From Armatimonadota bacterium (GTDB lineage Bacteria > Armatimonadota > SYMT01): DNA of 64,000 bases. The DNA is taken from the NCBI GenBank assembly GCA_041690135.1, contig JAWLHY010000009.1, forward strand, positions 302,066 through 366,065, read 5' to 3'. Positions 60,679 through 64,000 of the stretch are shown here, piece after piece; position 1 is the stretch's first letter, and each line of letters starts with the position of its first letter. Position numbers and translations under genes: made by a program. A model generated the notes under the pieces. The model did no database searches, had not been told where the DNA came from, and worked only from the letters and a program-made list of their open reading frames with translations.

Positions 60679-61035
60679 TTACTTGGCAAGTGGTGCATCC
60701 GGTAAGTAGAGTTCAGTTCTCCGTAGGTAGCATTGCAGCCACCACGTAAGGCTTCCCGGCCAATGACGTGCCCTTGGAGACGCGAAGGGTACGGAATGTG
60801 ACGTACACCCGGCGAAGCTAGGGCCGTTCCATTCCGCCGTCGGTGAAGCTGATCCCGTTGCGCCAAGCCAGACCGGCCTTGGTTCTGCTCGGCTACGAGT
60901 TCGCACAACGGGTTCAAACCCTGCCTGACGGAACGCTACGGCGAGACGTTCCCTACGTGTGCCTTGTGCCAGGGTTCGCCCGTGCGGAACATTATCCGTC
61001 AATGATCTTGAAGTTTCCTGTTCACCCATGACGTG

Positions 61036-62226
61036 CTAGAGAAGGCCGGCGGCCCTGCCGACCCTCTCGAATGCGGCGAGAGCGCGGTCCAGTTGCTCGC
61101 GGGTGTGCGCGGCGGACATCTGTACTCGAATGCGGGCCGTGCCTTCCGGAACGACGGGGAACCCGAAGCCGGTCACGAACACGCCTTCGTCCAGCAACTG
61201 TTGACTGATGCGGATGGCGAACGCCGTCTCTCCCACGATGATGGGGATGATCGCGGAATCCCCTTCTAGCGGTCGGTAACCGATCCCCTGGAGTTCGGAG
61301 CGGAAGTAGCGGACGTTCTCGCGCAGCCGGTCCATGCGCTCCGGTTCCCGGCGCAGCACTACGATGGCTTTGCGCGCGCTGCAGGCGATGGTTGGCGGCA
61401 ACGCGTTGGAGAAAAGCTGGGGCCGGGAGCGCTGGGCCAGGAAATCGCAAACGCCTGCGCTGGCCGCGACGTAGCCGCCGGCCGCTCCCCCCAGCGCTTT
61501 GCCGAGGGTGCCGGTGAGGATATCGACTTCCCCGAGCACGCCGAAATGCTCGGCCACACCGCGCCCGGTCTTGCCGAGCACGCCGGTGCCGTGGGAGTCG
61601 TCGACGATGACCACCGCGTCGTAGGTGCGGGCCAATTCCAGAATCTCGGGCAAGCGCGCCAGGTCGCCTTCCATGCTGAACACCCCATCGGTGATGATCA
61701 GCTTGCGCCGGTCCCGCTCGCACTCTTCCAGACCGGTGCGGAGTTCATCAAGATCGGAGTGCTTGTAAATGACCTTGCGGGCGGGACGGGAGAGGCGGAT
61801 CGCGTCGATGATGCTGGCGTGGTTCAGTTCGTCCGAGAAGATGACCGTGTTTGTGTCGGTGAGGGTGGGGATCAGCGCCTCGTTGGCGTTCCAGCACGAG
61901 ACGTAGGTCAGGGAGGCGTCTGTGTGCAGGAACTCGGCGATCTCCCTCTCGAGTTCGTGGTGGGGCTGGAAGGTGCCGCAGATGAAGCGGACCGAGGCCG
62001 TACCGGCGCCGTAGCGGCGGAGCCCCTCAATTCCGGCCTCCACGACTTCCGGATGGTTCGCCAGGCCGAGATAGTTGTTGGATGAAAGTACCAGGACCTC
62101 GCCCCGTCCTTCCATCTGGACGACGGCATCCTGCGGCGAGCAGAGGGTGTTGAACTGCTTGTAGGTTCCTGCCGCCTTCAGGCTCTCCAACTCTCGATTG
62201 AGTTCTTCGATCAGCCGGCTGTTCAT
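61036..62226 (-). CDS. kbl: Glycine C-acetyltransferase (2-amino-3-ketobutyrate CoA ligase)
   Basis: SNNYLGLA, SVRFICGT, DDSHG, GTLGKALGG and ARIRVQMSA; adjacent to tdh. Confidence 0.93.
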   Translation of the reverse strand: MNSRLIEELNRELESLKAAGTYKQFNTLCSPQDAVVQMEGRGEVLVLSSNNYLGLANHPEVVEAGIEGLRRYGAGTASVRFICGTFQPHHELEREIAEFLHTDASLTYVSCWNANEALIPTLTDTNTVIFSDELNHASIIDAIRLSRPARKVIYKHSDLDELRTGLEECERDRRKLIITDGVFSMEGDLARLPEILELARTYDAVVIVDDSHGTGVLGKTGRGVAEHFGVLGEVDILTGTLGKALGGAAGGYVAASAGVCDFLAQRSRPQLFSNALPPTIACSARKAIVVLRREPERMDRLRENVRYFRSELQGIGYRPLEGDSAIIPIIVGETAFAIRISQQLLDEGVFVTGFGFPVVPEGTARIRVQMSAAHTREQLDRALAAFERVGRAAGLL

Positions 62227-62227
62227 T

Positions 62228-63379
62228 CTATCGATGGCTCCAGGGTGGGTGGATCACCGTGGCCGGATCGAGGTTCGCTCCGGCCTCCTTCTTCCCCGGC
62301 AGTTCGAGTGGGGTCGTGCGTTCGGCCTTCTCGCCGGGGCATAACACGATCTTGCAGGCTTCGCCAGCCTGGATCTGGCGCAACCCTTCATCGATCCACT
62401 CCAGGGGGTACCGGTGAGTGATCAGTGGGCGCAGGTCGACGACGCCGCTCTCCAGCATCCAGCGGGTCTTGTACCACGTCTCGAAAATCTTGCGGCCGTT
62501 GACTGCCAGTACGTTCAAGTTCTTGAAAATCAGTGCCTCGGCGACGTCGATCTCCACGGGCCGGGAGGGGATGCCGAACAGGATGACCCGCCCGCCGTTC
62601 CGCACGATCTGGAATGCGGAAGTGATCGCCTGTGGCGATCCGGACATCTCGAACACCACATCCAGCCCGTAACCATCGTTCTGCTCGCGGAACCACTCCA
62701 CCACGTTCGGGCATTCGGCAACGTTGACTACACCGGTTGCGCCCATCCGCCGCGCCAGATCGAGCCGGAAAGGGGTCCGGTCGGAAGCCCAGACACCCGC
62801 GGCGCCGGAAGCCCGGGTAATGCCGATCGTAAACAGACCGATCGGCCCGGCGCCCAGCACCGCGACCGAACGGCCGGCGAGGTCCTGCGCGCTGGTGGCG
62901 AAGACGGCGTTGCCGAACGGTTCCTGCAAAGTCGCGATTTCGGGCGGGAGCTTGTTTCGGTCGTTCTTCCAGAGCACCGACGCCGGAACGACCACATACT
63001 CGGCAAACGCTCCGTCCCGGTCCACTCCCAGGATTTGGGTCTGCTCGCACATATGCGCCTGGCCCGTGCGACAGTGATAGCACATGCCGCACGTGACGTG
63101 GCTTTCGGCGGAGACGTAATCGCCGGGGTGAGCGTGCCGGACGTTATCCCCGACTTCCACGACCGTACCGGCAAACTCGTGCCCCAGAGTCAACGGCGGC
63201 TTGATCCGCTGCTGGGACCATTCGTCCCATTGGTAAATGTGGAGATCGGTGCCGCAGAGGCTGGCGGCCTCGACCTTCACCAGCACTTCGTCCGGACCGG
63301 GCCGGGGCACGGGAATCTCGGTCAACGTCAAACCGGGTCCGCGCTCCGCTTTGCGGATGCAACGCATCATCTCTGCCAT
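62228..63379 (-). CDS. tdh: L-threonine 3-dehydrogenase
   Basis: CGTDLHIY.WD, GHEF, C..C..C Zn site, EPFGNAV, GAGPIG and FETWY. Confidence 0.93.
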   Translation of the reverse strand: MAEMMRCIRKAERGPGLTLTEIPVPRPGPDEVLVKVEAASLCGTDLHIYQWDEWSQQRIKPPLTLGHEFAGTVVEVGDNVRHAHPGDYVSAESHVTCGMCYHCRTGQAHMCEQTQILGVDRDGAFAEYVVVPASVLWKNDRNKLPPEIATLQEPFGNAVFATSAQDLAGRSVAVLGAGPIGLFTIGITRASGAAGVWASDRTPFRLDLARRMGATGVVNVAECPNVVEWFREQNDGYGLDVVFEMSGSPQAITSAFQIVRNGGRVILFGIPSRPVEIDVAEALIFKNLNVLAVNGRKIFETWYKTRWMLESGVVDLRPLITHRYPLEWIDEGLRQIQAGEACKIVLCPGEKAERTTPLELPGKKEAGANLDPATVIHPPWSHR

Positions 63380-63547
63380 GGCTCACCCCTTCGCTCCGAC
63401 GATAGTTTCCGGCGGCACCAATCACAGCATACCGCTCCCATGCGCATCCGTCATGAGAAGGGTTGGCGATACCAGGATGCAGGGGCGTGAGCAAACCCGT
63501 GGGGGAGTGGCGCGGGGTGGGGGAGTACCTCTGAAATTGACTGGCAG

Positions 63548-63588
63548 AAAACAACGAACCCCGATCTCCAGGGGAGACCGGGGCTCGG
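63548..63588 (-). terminator. rRNA operon terminator
   Basis: Hairpin cgaaccccgatctcc/gagaccggggctcg with a T-rich tail on the minus strand, just 3' of 5S. Confidence 0.65.
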
Positions 63589-63594
63589 AAAGTA

Positions 63595-63712
63595 TTCTGG
63601 CGACGACCTACTCTTCCACCTCTGAGAAGAGGCAGTACCCTCGGCGCAGCGGGCCTTAACTGCCGTGTTCGGGATGGGAACGGGTGTTACCCCCGCGCTA
63701 TTGCCACCAGAA
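63595..63712 (-). rRNA. rrf: 5S rRNA
   Basis: Minus strand has cccgttcccatcccgaacacggcagttaag and gagtaggtcgtcgccag; ends approximate. Confidence 0.95.
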
Positions 63713-63714
63713 AT

Positions 63715-63861
63715 GTGCTGCGTGTTGCGTATTGCGTAAAGGGAACCGGCGACCGCCTCGGAGCCACCCCGAGAGGAACTCCCGCACGGGGTGTTCGGGC
63801 GATATTCTCGCCGACCCCTGACTCGTGGGGGCTCCCTTACGCATTACGGAATACGCAATAC
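63715..63861. repeat. Inverted TACGCAA heptamer arms in the 23S-5S spacer
   Basis: gtgctgcgtgttgcgtattgcgtaaaggga ... tcccttacgcattacggaatacgcaatac. Confidence 0.8.
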
Positions 63862-63946
63862 TTATCAAACCTTCAAGACTGTAGAGCGGGAAAGGAGTAG
63901 AAGACGATCTTCACGTCACCGGTATAGCGGCAATGTAAATGAGGGA

Positions 63947-64000
63947 TGATCAAGCCCTCGGCCGATTAGTACGGGTGCCCTCAAGCCATTGCTGACCTTA
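63947..64000 (-). rRNA. rrl: 23S rRNA, 3' end (partial)
   Basis: Minus strand gtactaatcggccgagggcttgatca resembles the 23S 3' terminus; lies upstream of 5S. Confidence 0.88.

Noticed and set aside
60679-61031. Possible small gene or pseudogene between the tricorn gene and kbl
   Set aside because: Short ORFs on both strands with no recognisable motif; I cannot support a call.
63713-63945. tRNA in the 23S-5S spacer
   Set aside because: No cloverleaf or properly placed T-loop consensus found by eye.

Overview
GC-rich bacterial chromosomal window. The gene content (four DUF1549/DUF1553 'planctomycete cytochrome c' + DUF1501 pairs, a sulfatase, PQQ-propeller proteins, a PEP-CTERM protein) suggests an Armatimonadota/PVC-like organism; this taxonomy is inference. 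It also holds RNase HIII, a two-component system, an ABC exporter, a tricorn-like protease, tdh-kbl and the 3' end of an rRNA operon (23S end + 5S, minus strand). The most notable signal: three of the four divergent DUF1553 paralogs carry a related, in-frame, repeat-rich DNA insert (65-82 extra codons) at the same site (HPELLDxLA...GW), and the fourth has the empty site. The same 7/8-mer repeat vocabulary recurs in other protein linkers, in intergenic regions and as an inverted repeat in the 23S-5S spacer. Second, there is a tandem array of six divergent HEAT-repeat membrane proteins. All product calls are from motif recognition by eye; no database searches were run.
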